Origin: Synechococcales cyanobacterium VAR_4_metabat_354
Lineage (GTDB): Bacteria > Cyanobacteriota > Cyanobacteriia > Cyanobacteriales > Chamaesiphonaceae
Direction: 5' to 3'
DNA: 64,000 nucleotides
Assembly (NCBI GenBank): GCA_031414775.1
Contig: JANOQI010000042.1
Location: 1-64,000 of the forward strand
The notes under the pieces are model-generated. The model was given only the letters and a program-made list of their open reading frames with translations, made no database searches and had not been told where the DNA came from. A program made the translations under genes and the position numbers. Positions 50,975 to 61,611 of this stretch are shown here, one piece after another (positions within the stretch are counted from its first letter, which is position 1; each line of letters starts with the position of its first letter).

Positions 50975-51523
50975 AAAAAACCTTTTGAATTGCCAAAGTT
51001 ATTGCTTAAATTAAAATCTCATCTAGATAGAAAATCACATATGATCGAAGTCTTGATTTCTTGAGACTTCATTCCCCAAAGTAGCCACCTACTAAGAATT
51101 CTGACTCAATGACCAAGCATTAGAGATCCGCTAAATGTATGATCTTCATCAGTCAATTGAATGATTCATACTACAAAAAACATTTTCAGCTACTCTAAAT
51201 AGTGTTTCTACTGATGTGATTTATTTAATTTACTTGAGGAAATGATCAGTGGATGCTCGTTGATAATAGCTAATAACTATTAAATTGAAAAATCTTTTTA
51301 AGTATAAACTTCAGTATAAAAATAATTTATTTCATGCCTAATAAAGATTGTAAATAGTCGAAATTTAGAAGATTGTGAGAGTCTTCAAATAGTGCTAACT
51401 GCTGCCTTTAAAATAACCTTTGACTGTCATAATTATAGAGTCTGTAGCTAATAACTATCTATCGAAAAAATTAAATAATTTAAAATCACAATTGTTTGCA
51501 AAGCAGCTTTGTATTTAAAAACA

Positions 51524-51568
51524 AAACAGTCAACAGTGGTATACGTACTTTCCCTGTTGACTGTCTTG
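51524..51568 (-). terminator. Terminator after the lpxB-like gene
   Basis: ACAGTCAACAG / CTGTTGACTGT inverted repeat with an A-run (U-tract on the minus strand). Confidence 0.65.
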
Positions 51569-51615
51569 TATATGTTCGTAGTGGTGATTATAAAGTGCGG
51601 CGGTGGCCGAGAAAC

Positions 51616-52842
51616 TCATAACATTTGTTGAACAATGGTAACAATTTTGGCTGCTGCTCCAGTTGTCCCCCGTGTTTGGGCTAAATCTGTTTGAATTTGG
51701 GCTAATTTTTCGGGATGCTCTAATAAGTCAATCACTAGTGTGGCTACTTCTGACACGGTAATTTTTCCCACTAACTCCGGCACAATTTCCCGACCAGCCC
51801 AAATATTTGGCCAAGCAAACTTGCGGCCATTGAGCTGCTGAAAAGTGATCCAGTTAATTAATTTACTAACGGGAGTACCAATTCCTGGTAATCGTGCCAC
51901 TATTCCTGGTAATCCATCCCAACTGCGCATCGCATCTAGTTGGTAGGTAGGCAGTAATACAATCATGGGAATGCCCAAAGCGGCTAACTCTGCTGTATTA
52001 GCACCGATTGTTGTTAGACATAGAGTACATTGACTAAGGATGTTGTAAGCCGGGAATTCTTGATGGAGAGCAACTGTGAGACCCTGCGCGGTCTGGAGAT
52101 AGGGCTGCTCACTGGCAACTAAGGTCGCGGTAGTTCCTTGCACCACTTCGACCACCGGATTTTTGGACAAGTCGGCAAACTGGGCTAGGTATTCGATCGA
52201 GATGGCCGGAGCTACTGGAATAATAAATTCGGTATCTGGTCGGGCTTGTTTGACGGCTTCAGCGATCGCCAGACAAAATGGCAATCCCATTTGCAGTTTT
52301 TGGGCTTTAGAACCAGGTAATAAACCGATAAGCGTATTGGGACGGGGCGATAATGCTGTTAAGGTTTGCCCAGTCTCTAGCATTAAATCACCGACCACTG
52401 TGGCTTTGTGTTGATAGTCGGTGGGAATTGTGGCTAATACCTGATCGTTCATCACTGCAAACCGATCGACATATTTTGGCCAGCGGGCAGCTAATTCGCC
52501 ATAGATCAGAGTTTTATAACCCAGCCTTTTGCCAATCAAAACTGGAAATATCTGATCGCCACCCAAAAAAATCACGATTCCTTGCTGCTGCCAATCCCAG
52601 GCATCGGCAGTTTTGCCCCACAGCAAAAAATTCCAGAAATGCTCGGCAGATTGAGACCGATCAACACCAGGATAAGACAGCGCAATTTCGGCCTCTCGTC
52701 CACCAGCATTCGCATCAGGCGATAAAACCACCGAGATGCGGGCAGCATTCGCATCAAACTTAGCCCGCAGAGCTTCTACCACCGGACGTACCCAGGTGGC
52801 AATCTCACCGGGGGCATTGGAAAGAATCAGAATATCGAGCAT
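51616..52842 (-). CDS. Lipid-A-disaccharide synthase-like (LpxB-related) glycosyltransferase
   Basis: ILILSNAPGE, GLLPGSK, TTIGANTAELAALGIPM, AWPNIWAGREIVPEL. Confidence 0.8.
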   Translation of the reverse strand: MLDILILSNAPGEIATWVRPVVEALRAKFDANAARISVVLSPDANAGGREAEIALSYPGVDRSQSAEHFWNFLLWGKTADAWDWQQQGIVIFLGGDQIFPVLIGKRLGYKTLIYGELAARWPKYVDRFAVMNDQVLATIPTDYQHKATVVGDLMLETGQTLTALSPRPNTLIGLLPGSKAQKLQMGLPFCLAIAEAVKQARPDTEFIIPVAPAISIEYLAQFADLSKNPVVEVVQGTTATLVASEQPYLQTAQGLTVALHQEFPAYNILSQCTLCLTTIGANTAELAALGIPMIVLLPTYQLDAMRSWDGLPGIVARLPGIGTPVSKLINWITFQQLNGRKFAWPNIWAGREIVPELVGKITVSEVATLVIDLLEHPEKLAQIQTDLAQTRGTTGAAAKIVTIVQQML

Positions 52843-52857
52843 GAAGGCCGGATGGGA

Positions 52858-53775
52858 TTAGAGATCGATCGGATACACCCAATCTTGGTATTCTTGATGC
52901 TGGCCTTGAGTAATGGCGACCAACTCCTGCTGAAGCTTTTTGGTAATTGGGCCGGGAGACTGAGGCACTGTATAGTTTTCGATCCGGCTCACTGGCGAAA
53001 TTTTAGCCGCCGTCCCGCACAAGAAAATTTCATCGGCAATGAACAGCTCCGACTTATCGATCGGTCTTTCGACTACTTCAATACCCAGCTGCTTGGCCAC
53101 GACCATGATGCTATCGCGGGTAATACCTTCCAGGATGTCTTGATCGGCACCAGGGGTAAAGAGCTTACCATTGCGTACCATGAAAATATTCATCCCGGTC
53201 GCCTCGGCGACTTTGCCCTGGGAATTTAACAAGATAGCTTCATCAAACCCCGAGGCATAGGCTTCGGTCTTAGCCAAAGAAGATGTGATGTAAGCGCCGC
53301 TGATTTTGCCGCGCAGTGGCAAACTAATATCTTCTTGACGATGCCAAGAACTCATTCGACAACTGATGCCACCGGGTTTGGCTAAGTATTCGCCCAGCGC
53401 TAGGCCATAGATAAAGAAATTTTGGGCAATATCGTGGAGGCGCGGGGCAATGCCCAGTCCCGATGAATAGATAAAAGGCCGAATATAGAAAGGCTTGCTG
53501 GGCTTATTGTGTTTTACAAACTCGGTAATATTAGCCTGAATTTTATCTGCTGGCAGATCGTAATGCATATATCTAGCGCTATTACTAAGCCGCTGACAGT
53601 GTCGATCGAGCCGAAACAAAATGGCTTTATGGGGGTTGGCTTCATCTACATAACCACGTAGACCACCAAAGGCTCCTGTACCATAATGCAGTGCATGGGT
53701 GGCGATCGAAACGTTGGCTTCTTTAAAAGGTATAAATTTGCCTTCAAAATAGGCGATCGGTAAAAATTCTTCCAT
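52858..53775 (-). CDS. ilvE: Branched-chain amino acid aminotransferase
   Basis: HALHYGTGAF, KISGAY, ILEGITR, EIFLCGTAA. Confidence 0.93.
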   Translation of the reverse strand: MEEFLPIAYFEGKFIPFKEANVSIATHALHYGTGAFGGLRGYVDEANPHKAILFRLDRHCQRLSNSARYMHYDLPADKIQANITEFVKHNKPSKPFYIRPFIYSSGLGIAPRLHDIAQNFFIYGLALGEYLAKPGGISCRMSSWHRQEDISLPLRGKISGAYITSSLAKTEAYASGFDEAILLNSQGKVAEATGMNIFMVRNGKLFTPGADQDILEGITRDSIMVVAKQLGIEVVERPIDKSELFIADEIFLCGTAAKISPVSRIENYTVPQSPGPITKKLQQELVAITQGQHQEYQDWVYPIDL

Positions 53776-53877
53776 AGGTCTGTAGTGAAATAAAACAGTT
53801 TGCCATCCCAGAGGCTACATCTTAGCAGAAAAACCGAAGTGGTTTTGGCGTAAATAGCCGGGCGATCGAAACTATAT

Positions 53878-55023
53878 TCACTTTGTTTCCACTAAGATAA
53901 CAGCTGGCAATTGGCATTCGGCGATTGATTCGAGCTTGGCTCTTTGATGAAATGATTCAATAGACATCAGACTATTTGAGGCGGCATCCCACAAGATAAA
54001 CTTAGAACATCGTAGGATATCCCCGATTCGCAATGTCTTTACTTGGGAGAGCAAGTGGATATTTTGATGGTGACAGGCTGCCAGATGATAATTAGGAATT
54101 CTTTCTGATAGATGGTGAATATTGTGGTAACCAATATCGGCAGCAAACCATTGAAAAATAGCTGGTAGCTCTAGATAACTACTACCTTCAATAGCGCCCT
54201 TGAGATAATCCCACCCTGCTGTTTGATGCGCGTATGATCCTTCAAAATTATGCTGTACAAAAAAGACCAGAATAAAGATAGCTGCTGAAAAAGTCAGAGT
54301 AATGGAGTAAATACTCAAGAAAAATCCTGCTCCTAGCAAATGGCTAAAAAAGATCCAGCTGCCAATTACGCAAATATTGTTGAAAAGTAAATCCCAAAAC
54401 TCCGCCTTCGTATACCAATTTCGAGACTTGTAAGAAGAGAAGATTTCTGAAAAACTCATTCCAGAATCTTTTTTTAAGCAAGTGAAGGCATGGCCAATTA
54501 AACCATATGTTCCCATGAGCAGAGCCAACCTGGGCTTGATTGCTAGATAGAAAAATCCGCCCGGAATAGACATAAAGGGGTGCCGTAGTAATTCATAATG
54601 CTTTTGACTAGCGGGACTAAGTTTGGCGAATTCCGCAGTAGAAGACAATCCCGATGGCCCACGATACTGCTCCCAATCACCATTGGTTTTGTGATGATAA
54701 GCATGGCCTCGTGACCAGGGATATTGCGGAATGGCATTGATCACACCTAGTAGAAAACCAAAGATTCGGTTGACTTTTTTGGAGCTGAAAAGTGAATAGT
54801 GTCCGCAATCATGCATCAAAGAAAAACAACGTACCGAAAAGAGAGTCATCAGTACCATAATGGGCGGTAGCAACCAAAGAGAAATAGAAACTGATTTAAC
54901 TGCTAAAAACCATAGTAGTAAATAAGGAATAACCGTATTTAGGATTTGATAAGTTGCTTGGAAGTCGTTGCTCTTCATGTAGGGCTTGAGCACAAAGTCC
55001 GACTTTTTAATCACATTTTCCAT
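53878..55023 (-). CDS. Membrane fatty acid desaturase
   Basis: His boxes HDCGH, HAYHH, HNIHH; RIPNYHL. Confidence 0.92.
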   Translation of the reverse strand: MENVIKKSDFVLKPYMKSNDFQATYQILNTVIPYLLLWFLAVKSVSISLWLLPPIMVLMTLFSVRCFSLMHDCGHYSLFSSKKVNRIFGFLLGVINAIPQYPWSRGHAYHHKTNGDWEQYRGPSGLSSTAEFAKLSPASQKHYELLRHPFMSIPGGFFYLAIKPRLALLMGTYGLIGHAFTCLKKDSGMSFSEIFSSYKSRNWYTKAEFWDLLFNNICVIGSWIFFSHLLGAGFFLSIYSITLTFSAAIFILVFFVQHNFEGSYAHQTAGWDYLKGAIEGSSYLELPAIFQWFAADIGYHNIHHLSERIPNYHLAACHHQNIHLLSQVKTLRIGDILRCSKFILWDAASNSLMSIESFHQRAKLESIAECQLPAVILVETK

Positions 55024-55126
55024 TCAGTAAAACACTCTGGTAAACAACTGTATTGGGATATGGTCTAGCTAGGGAGCAACTGTCGATTGTCGATCGACAG
55101 CATTCCAGGTCATTAATTTACTTAAT

Positions 55127-55591
55127 TTACAAATTAATATTCCCCATTTTTTGTCCAAAGCAAGTGTTGGGCATAAATTCATCCCATCGATCGCACACTT
55201 GTTGGTAGCATTCCGGCGGTGTAATTGCTAAGTTCTGGAGCCAAAGCACTTCCACTGACTGGCCAGATTGCATTAGCAGCATCATCTCTCGCTGAGGATG
55301 ATATTGGGCAATGGTTTCTACCAGTTGTGAACTTTCCATAGCCGATATTCCTAAGGACTGGAGACGGGCTAAGAGAGATTGCCCGCGTATAAACTGAGTG
55401 GTGAATTTCCAGGAATGGAACCGGAGTTCAGTATCTTGAGCTGGTGGTTCAATCTGACACAATAGTAAGCCCCAGCCTTGATGCTCGAATCCTGACCAAG
55501 CAAAATATCCGAGCACGGGAAAGTTGTCACGGATAAATGCGGCTGGCCAAGGCGTGAAATTTTTCAACTGCGGCTGGTCACGAGGAAACAT
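55127..55591 (-). CDS. Hypothetical protein
   Basis: AGGAGG SD; LAITPPECYQQVCDRWDEF C-terminus resembles a cyanobacterial family. Confidence 0.7.
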   Translation of the reverse strand: MFPRDQPQLKNFTPWPAAFIRDNFPVLGYFAWSGFEHQGWGLLLCQIEPPAQDTELRFHSWKFTTQFIRGQSLLARLQSLGISAMESSQLVETIAQYHPQREMMLLMQSGQSVEVLWLQNLAITPPECYQQVCDRWDEFMPNTCFGQKMGNINL

Positions 55592-56206
55592 GTTGCGCCT
55601 CCTGAAGCCAAACTTTTGCGACTACCTGACTTTTGCTAATTCGGAGATGTCCCAAGATTTGGATGGCAATAGACATTAGTATTGATCGTCACTTCTTGCT
55701 GTAGGTCTGGTCGTTAACGAGAGAAAATGCTTGCTGGACAAATGGTCAATTTCATAAAACTGTCATAGCGATCTGTACCAACTAGAACTTCCCGATATGC
55801 ACATGACAATATCGATCATTTAGTTAATCCGTTCAATCAACTTAATCATTAATAAGAATGTTGATCCAAATTGAGAGTTCCCCATTCTGGAAAGATTTTT
55901 GGGAGCCTGATCATGACATTGCCCACCAAGAAATTAACCAGCTGGATATTTTAAATCGAAAAAACTTTACTCTAAACACAATCTGTACCTCGCAGATATG
56001 GAAGTGTAATTAAATTGGCTGATCGGCGGGCATTCTGACTTAGAGGTATATACCTCATCACAGTTGCGGGACAGCGGCAGACTGGTACTGCTCTTTCCCC
56101 ATTACTTTTAACGGCTGAATTTCGTTAAAACCGATCTGGCGATTAACAATAGCATGATTTTGGACTAAGTACCTAAAAATCTAAGTTGCTACTTGCTCGA
56201 TCGGCC

Positions 56207-57163
56207 TTACCAAAAATCATTCATAATAGTGCCTTTTTCATCTAGCTTATTAAAGCAAAATGCTAAAACTCGACCATTCCAAGGGGGCTTCGGATTAGGC
56301 TTATAAACAACTATTTCTCCCGTACCTTTAGCTTTGGCCATATAGGTTTTGACTAAAGCTTTGCACTGCTCTCGAGAAATATTGGAATCGTCGGTTTCAA
56401 TCACAATGCGCGAGCCATTTGCCATTGGTTCGCTACTAACCCGATGGCTAGGAGATCCCGATTTAGAATTAGTGGCCATGACTTTAGAAGGCGGTTTTAA
56501 GATTTGGGTAATGGCTGTTGACGGCTGGGGCGATTTTGGCCGTGGCGGAGCAATGGAAATCTGTGGCTTATTGTTGGCACCAAGTCGAGGGGACTGGGCT
56601 GTAGTAACAGAATTAGTTGGTGGTTCTAACGAAGAGGGTAAAATTTGTGGTGAATTAGGGGAAGACGCTGAAGCCTGGGGACTGGGCATCCTCGCCAGAA
56701 TGGCGGCCAGCGAAGAAGACGGTTGTGGGGTAGGGAAATCACTCTGGATTGCGGAAGGAACCAGCGGGGGTAAAATGAAGGCGGGAGCGCCACTCACGGT
56801 TACTGGTGGTGGAGACATATTCCCACGAGCCATCATCGTTGACTTTGGGGTGGAGCGGGGTGCTGTTTCTGCTGCAAAAGGATTACCGACTCGCTGATAA
56901 AGAGATAAATCTTTTTTGGAAATCCAGGGTGCCAGAAAAGCCGGAATTAATAGTAATAGACCCAATCGGGATAGGATATTCCAGGTCGAGCCGTCGGCTT
57001 CCCATTTTCGAGTTATTTTATACAGTGGTGGTAAACACAATATTCCCCATAAAATGAGCACAAGTACCAGCCCCATCGATCGATTAGCTTGAAACAGTGC
57101 TAAAGCTCCGACAAATAGTAGCGAGGACAACCCCCATCCTAGAAAGGTTAAGATATTAGACAT
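56207..57163 (-). CDS. Membrane protein with three N-terminal TM segments, Pro/Ser linker and small C-terminal domain
   Basis: Hydrophobic N-terminus, low-complexity middle, two Cys in the C-terminal domain. Confidence 0.7.
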   Translation of the reverse strand: MSNILTFLGWGLSSLLFVGALALFQANRSMGLVLVLILWGILCLPPLYKITRKWEADGSTWNILSRLGLLLLIPAFLAPWISKKDLSLYQRVGNPFAAETAPRSTPKSTMMARGNMSPPPVTVSGAPAFILPPLVPSAIQSDFPTPQPSSSLAAILARMPSPQASASSPNSPQILPSSLEPPTNSVTTAQSPRLGANNKPQISIAPPRPKSPQPSTAITQILKPPSKVMATNSKSGSPSHRVSSEPMANGSRIVIETDDSNISREQCKALVKTYMAKAKGTGEIVVYKPNPKPPWNGRVLAFCFNKLDEKGTIMNDFW

Positions 57164-57342
57164 AAAAAATATTTTTGATGGTATTTTTAAACTGATTCAT
57201 TATAAAAAATTTTAATTGGCAATTATTTAAGAACTTTTCTGATCTCTAAGCCAAAATTTTTCATAAATAAAGTTAACCACAACTGTGTCGATCGAACAAC
57301 GCTCAGTCAGTCTGATGGCGTAGTTTTAGCGAATTTTCGGCA

Positions 57343-58713
57343 TCAAATAACTGGGACAAAATTTTTAACTGTAGAGACTATTTCGGTCACGTTCACATCT
57401 AATTGCTCTCTGGTTGCCAAAACCTTGACTTGGCATCTACCAGCAGCCTGCTCTGTGGCACCTTGAATAATAGCGATCAATATCCCCATTTTTTCGGCTT
57501 TTTTGAGTTGGTCACCGAGCTTACTCGCTTCAAAGTTGGTAACAGTGGCAATTCCGGCCTGACGCAATTGTTGAGAAATTTGCAGATAGCCAGGCATCAG
57601 CGACCTGTCGAGATTGAGCACCACCACCTGGGCGGGGGTCGGCGCAAGGGGCTGTACTAATTTTTCTTTGAGTAAATTTTTGATGAGGCGGGTGAGTCCG
57701 ATCGAGATACCCACGCCGGGTAATTCCTCTCCAGCAAACAGTCCGACTAACTCGGCATAACGACCACCCGAACAAATGCTGCCCAGACTTTCGTAACCCA
57801 GCAGAGTTGTTTCATAAACAGTACCGGTGTAATAGCCTAAGCCTCTAGCGATCGATAGGTCAATACAAAATTGATCGATCGGCACTTGCAGATCGCGAAC
57901 TCCTTGGATCACCTCTTGTAATTCGGTGATGCCAGTGGCCAGCTCTTCGGTATTACTGAGTCCGGCAGCCATTGTCGTTAGTTTAGTGAGGATCTCGTCG
58001 GGACTGCCTTTAATCTGGGTAAAATCAATCACGGCCTGAGCTTGAGTAGCAGTGACTCCGATCTTTTCTAGCTCGGCTTGGACTTTGGTAATGCCGATTT
58101 TATCCAGCTCATCCACAATATTGATGCAAGCTTTGGCTAACTCCGGTGCAATGCCCGTCGCCAGTAAAAACCCCGTCAAGACCTTTCGGTTATTAATCCG
58201 GATCAGAAACTTGCCAATGTTTAACTGGGTAAAGATCTCGGCGATGATCGCAGGCATCTGGGCATCGTAGAGCAAATCGAGCTTACCTCTGCCCACCACA
58301 TCAATATCACACTGCCGAAACTGACGATAGCGACCAGCCTTAGCTCGTTCGCCCCGAAATACCATATCCATTTGGTAGCGGGCAAAGGGAAAGGTTAAGT
58401 CGTTAAGATGACGGGCAATATAGGCGGCTAGTGGTAGGGTTTGGTCAAACTTCAGACCTCGATCGATATCCCCTTCGTCAATATTGGCCACTAACGGACT
58501 AATGCCATAGATGATGTTGTCACCCTGCGCACCTTTGGCCTGCAATACAGCCAGCCGTTCCACTGCCGGGGTCTCGATTGGGGTAAAGCCATAGCGCTCA
58601 AATACACCGCGAATGGTGTCCAGAAACTGCTGTTCTAGACGCTTTTCCCCTGGTAAGAACTCAATATCGAAACCACTGGGGAGAGTATAGTTAAGTTTTT
58701 CGGATTTACTCAT
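57343..58713 (-). CDS. hisS: Histidine--tRNA ligase
   Basis: FRGERAKAGRYRQFRQCDID, ARGLGYYTG, SGGRY, GLTRL, anticodon-binding domain. Confidence 0.9.
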   Translation of the reverse strand: MSKSEKLNYTLPSGFDIEFLPGEKRLEQQFLDTIRGVFERYGFTPIETPAVERLAVLQAKGAQGDNIIYGISPLVANIDEGDIDRGLKFDQTLPLAAYIARHLNDLTFPFARYQMDMVFRGERAKAGRYRQFRQCDIDVVGRGKLDLLYDAQMPAIIAEIFTQLNIGKFLIRINNRKVLTGFLLATGIAPELAKACINIVDELDKIGITKVQAELEKIGVTATQAQAVIDFTQIKGSPDEILTKLTTMAAGLSNTEELATGITELQEVIQGVRDLQVPIDQFCIDLSIARGLGYYTGTVYETTLLGYESLGSICSGGRYAELVGLFAGEELPGVGISIGLTRLIKNLLKEKLVQPLAPTPAQVVVLNLDRSLMPGYLQISQQLRQAGIATVTNFEASKLGDQLKKAEKMGILIAIIQGATEQAAGRCQVKVLATREQLDVNVTEIVSTVKNFVPVI

Positions 58714-59747
58714 TTTTTATTTTCGAGGACGGCGGCCAGCTGCTTGCTATGGCGAGATTCCGAGCCAAATATATAGTTAGGTGCAAAAACGGTAATATCG
58801 GTACCGCCAGTTTGACGTAAGTGATTGACGGCTTCACGCCAGCTAGCTTGATGCACAACGATGGTCACGGCATACCAATTAGGCTCTAGAACAGAGTAAA
58901 CCTTGGCAATGGTGGGGCCGCGCATCCCGGTCAATTCAGCTAGCTCTGAACTTTTGAGCAGCCGTTTGCCCAATTCATCGGCACTTTCGCCCTGAATATT
59001 GGCCGTAATAGAGGTGAATTTTTTTGCTTCCAGCTGGGCTTCGATCGAATCCAAAATCAGCTTGGTCACTTCCTGCTTGCGGCGATCGTTTTGCAGCAGC
59101 CGCTTGTTGGCAATAATACAGGCTTGGGATTTGAGCATCGGATCGCCGGTAATCGGCTTCAGGCGATTTTCGCGTAAGGTGGTGCCGGTACTACTCACAT
59201 CGGCAATCATATCGGCATAGCCCATCTTGGGGGCAGCTTCTAAGGCTCCGTTGGCTTCTACTAGCGAGAAGTGGACAATCTGGTGTTTCTTCAGCCATTC
59301 ACGGGTCAGGTTGGGATATTTGGTAACAATGCGCAGGTTGCGACCTTTATTTTCCCGGAAATCCATGGTTAGATCAGCCAGATCGGCCATCGAGACAATA
59401 TCAATCCAGCTATCGGGTACGGCCAGTACCAACTCACAGCGGCCAAACCCCAACTCAGGATAAATATCTACTACATGGTTGTAGCCAGCGCTTTCTTCGG
59501 CATAAATATCGTAGCCAGTGATGCCTAGGTCTACGCTACCTTCTTGCACTTTAGTGAAAATATCAGCGGCTCGTTGAAAGATTACTTCCACATCGGGCAG
59601 CGCCGAGATGGTTCCGACATATTGTCGGTCGTTAGGCCGGGATACTTTGAGACCGGCGGCGGCCAATAGCTCTGAGGTCGATCGCTCTAGGGCACCTTTA
59701 CTGGGAATCGCCAGCCGCAGTTTTTGATCGTCACGTTTTTGGTTCAT
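58710..59747 (-). CDS. hisG: ATP phosphoribosyltransferase, long form
   Basis: LAIPSKG, DLGITGYD, GALEAAP, DVSSTGTTLRENRL; C-terminal regulatory domain (GMRGPTI). Confidence 0.95.
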   Translation of the reverse strand: MNQKRDDQKLRLAIPSKGALERSTSELLAAAGLKVSRPNDRQYVGTISALPDVEVIFQRAADIFTKVQEGSVDLGITGYDIYAEESAGYNHVVDIYPELGFGRCELVLAVPDSWIDIVSMADLADLTMDFRENKGRNLRIVTKYPNLTREWLKKHQIVHFSLVEANGALEAAPKMGYADMIADVSSTGTTLRENRLKPITGDPMLKSQACIIANKRLLQNDRRKQEVTKLILDSIEAQLEAKKFTSITANIQGESADELGKRLLKSSELAELTGMRGPTIAKVYSVLEPNWYAVTIVVHQASWREAVNHLRQTGGTDITVFAPNYIFGSESRHSKQLAAVLENKK

Positions 59748-61294
59748 TGTTCGATGTTCTCGGCTAGGGTCTCGGAGTTCTTTAGATTCTCGGGCTGAAT
59801 CTGCTGAATCGCTTCTTCGATTGTGAGTAACTGTTGATCGGTGCTGGCCATGTTTTTGAGTTGGACTTTTTGCACTTGTTGTTCTTCGGAACCAACAATA
59901 ATCACGAAGGGAATACCCTGTTTGTTGGCCTGTTGGAGATTGTGAGGCACCCGTTTGTGACGGATATCTAGCTCAGCGCTAATGGCGGCTTGGCGCAGTT
60001 GGGTGGTAATGGCGATCGCATAACCGGCATCATCTGGAGTCACGGGCACTACTAATACTTGAGTGAGCATCGCCTCTGGCTCTAATTTGCCTTCTTGTTC
60101 TAAAGCTAAGCGCAGCCGTTCTAAACCAAAAGAACAGCCAGTGGCTGGTGTTGGCTCACCGCCCAAATTAGCGACAAGTTCATCGTAGCGACCACCGCCG
60201 CATAGTTGGCGACCATCACCTAAAGCGCTGTGATGTACCTCAAACACCATGCCGGTGTAATATTGCAATCCTCTGCTTAAGCCTAGATCGATCGTAATCT
60301 TGTTGTTGTTGAGCTGGTGGAACTCCAACAGTCCCGAAATTTCTTGCAGGGCATTCAGGGCAGAGCTATCACAGCCATGTTTAGTCAGCAAAACGGTGGC
60401 AGCGGCAAAAACCTGTAAAGGACTGCCTTGAATTTGACCGAGTTCTTTCATGAAATCCAGTGCTTGCTGAATCTGCTTGGTTTGGTCTTGGCGTTTAAAC
60501 TTGGTTAACAGTCGATCGGCAATTTCGGCTTCACTGCGATTGCCACTCAGTTCGATATTCAGGTTGTCGAGCAACTCTAGAATGGTTTGCTTGGCTTCTT
60601 CTTCATCTTGCCCCCGAAAGAGCTGGCCGAGATTGCCAGTTGGTCGATCCGTTGCGTCATCAAACCCTGGATAGATATCCCGCAGCAGACCATGCACATG
60701 CTCCCGACCTTCCTCTGTCCGCATTTTGGCCATATTGGTCAGTAGCAACGTCCGCAGACGGCTTTCTAAGCCCAACGATTCTAAAAACTTGGCCAAGATG
60801 CCCATATGGCCAACTACCACCTGATAGTCGGTAATTCCCAACTTTTCGAGGCAATGACAAGCAGCGGCAATGACTTCGGCATCGGCCATCGCGCCCGCCG
60901 CTCCAATCAGCTCGATACCCACCTGGGTAAACTGCCGATAACGGGCATATTGGGGTCGTTCGTACCGAAAAACTGCGCCATTGTATTGCAAGCGTACTGG
61001 CAAAGACATCGATTGTTGGCTATCGACATAGGCCCGCGCCACGGAAGCGGTGATTTCTGGCCGCAAGCATAGGTGACGGTTTTGATAGACAAAATCGTAC
61101 ATCTTGGTGATGATTTCTTCGCCAGATTTGCGCAGATAGAGATCTTCATGCTCTAAGATGGGCAGCTCGATCGATCGATATCCAAAGGATTGGAAGCACT
61201 GCTGGATTTTGGTGGCGATCTGTTGCTGATGAACGCTTTCGATCGGCGATACATCGTTAGTGCCACGCACTCGTTCTACTTTGCTAGGTTGCAT
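59744..61294 (-). CDS. HisRS/HisZ-family protein with anticodon-binding domain
   Basis: LRPEITASVAR, FRYERPQ...RQFTQVGIE, RGLQYYTG, GGGRYD, FGLERL; helical insert; HGTP-type C-terminal domain. Confidence 0.85.
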   Translation of the reverse strand: MQPSKVERVRGTNDVSPIESVHQQQIATKIQQCFQSFGYRSIELPILEHEDLYLRKSGEEIITKMYDFVYQNRHLCLRPEITASVARAYVDSQQSMSLPVRLQYNGAVFRYERPQYARYRQFTQVGIELIGAAGAMADAEVIAAACHCLEKLGITDYQVVVGHMGILAKFLESLGLESRLRTLLLTNMAKMRTEEGREHVHGLLRDIYPGFDDATDRPTGNLGQLFRGQDEEEAKQTILELLDNLNIELSGNRSEAEIADRLLTKFKRQDQTKQIQQALDFMKELGQIQGSPLQVFAAATVLLTKHGCDSSALNALQEISGLLEFHQLNNNKITIDLGLSRGLQYYTGMVFEVHHSALGDGRQLCGGGRYDELVANLGGEPTPATGCSFGLERLRLALEQEGKLEPEAMLTQVLVVPVTPDDAGYAIAITTQLRQAAISAELDIRHKRVPHNLQQANKQGIPFVIIVGSEEQQVQKVQLKNMASTDQQLLTIEEAIQQIQPENLKNSETLAENIEQ

Positions 61295-61431
61295 TGCTGC
61301 CTTGGGTCAACTGCTGTCGGAATTTCTCTCCAGTCTAGGATACCTTGCAGCGCGATCTATTTCAGACCGACCATCGGAACTCTTTGTATAATTAAGGTAT
61401 GCAGCTAAATTTACAAATTGAGGTGAACAAG

Positions 61432-61584
61432 ATGCGCCCGATGATTTGGCATCCAGAAGCAAAAGACCAGCGAGTCAATCAATCTCTAGACAAGATCAAC
61501 CGCGCTCCGTACTTTGCATTGACACTCGGTATCTTAGGTGCCTTTTGTCTGTTTACGACAGCAGTGCTGTTAGGGATTTTTTGA
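61432..61584 (+). CDS. Small single-TM protein
   Basis: GAGGTG SD before ATG 61432; hydrophobic C-terminal helix. Confidence 0.55.
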   Translation: MRPMIWHPEAKDQRVNQSLDKINRAPYFALTLGILGAFCLFTTAVLLGIF

Positions 61585-61611
61585 TTGAGTTGAAATATCA
61601 CTACATTTACT

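Noticed and set aside
55578..55676. 32-aa ORF overlapping the start of the 55591 gene
   Set aside because: No clear SD or recognisable features
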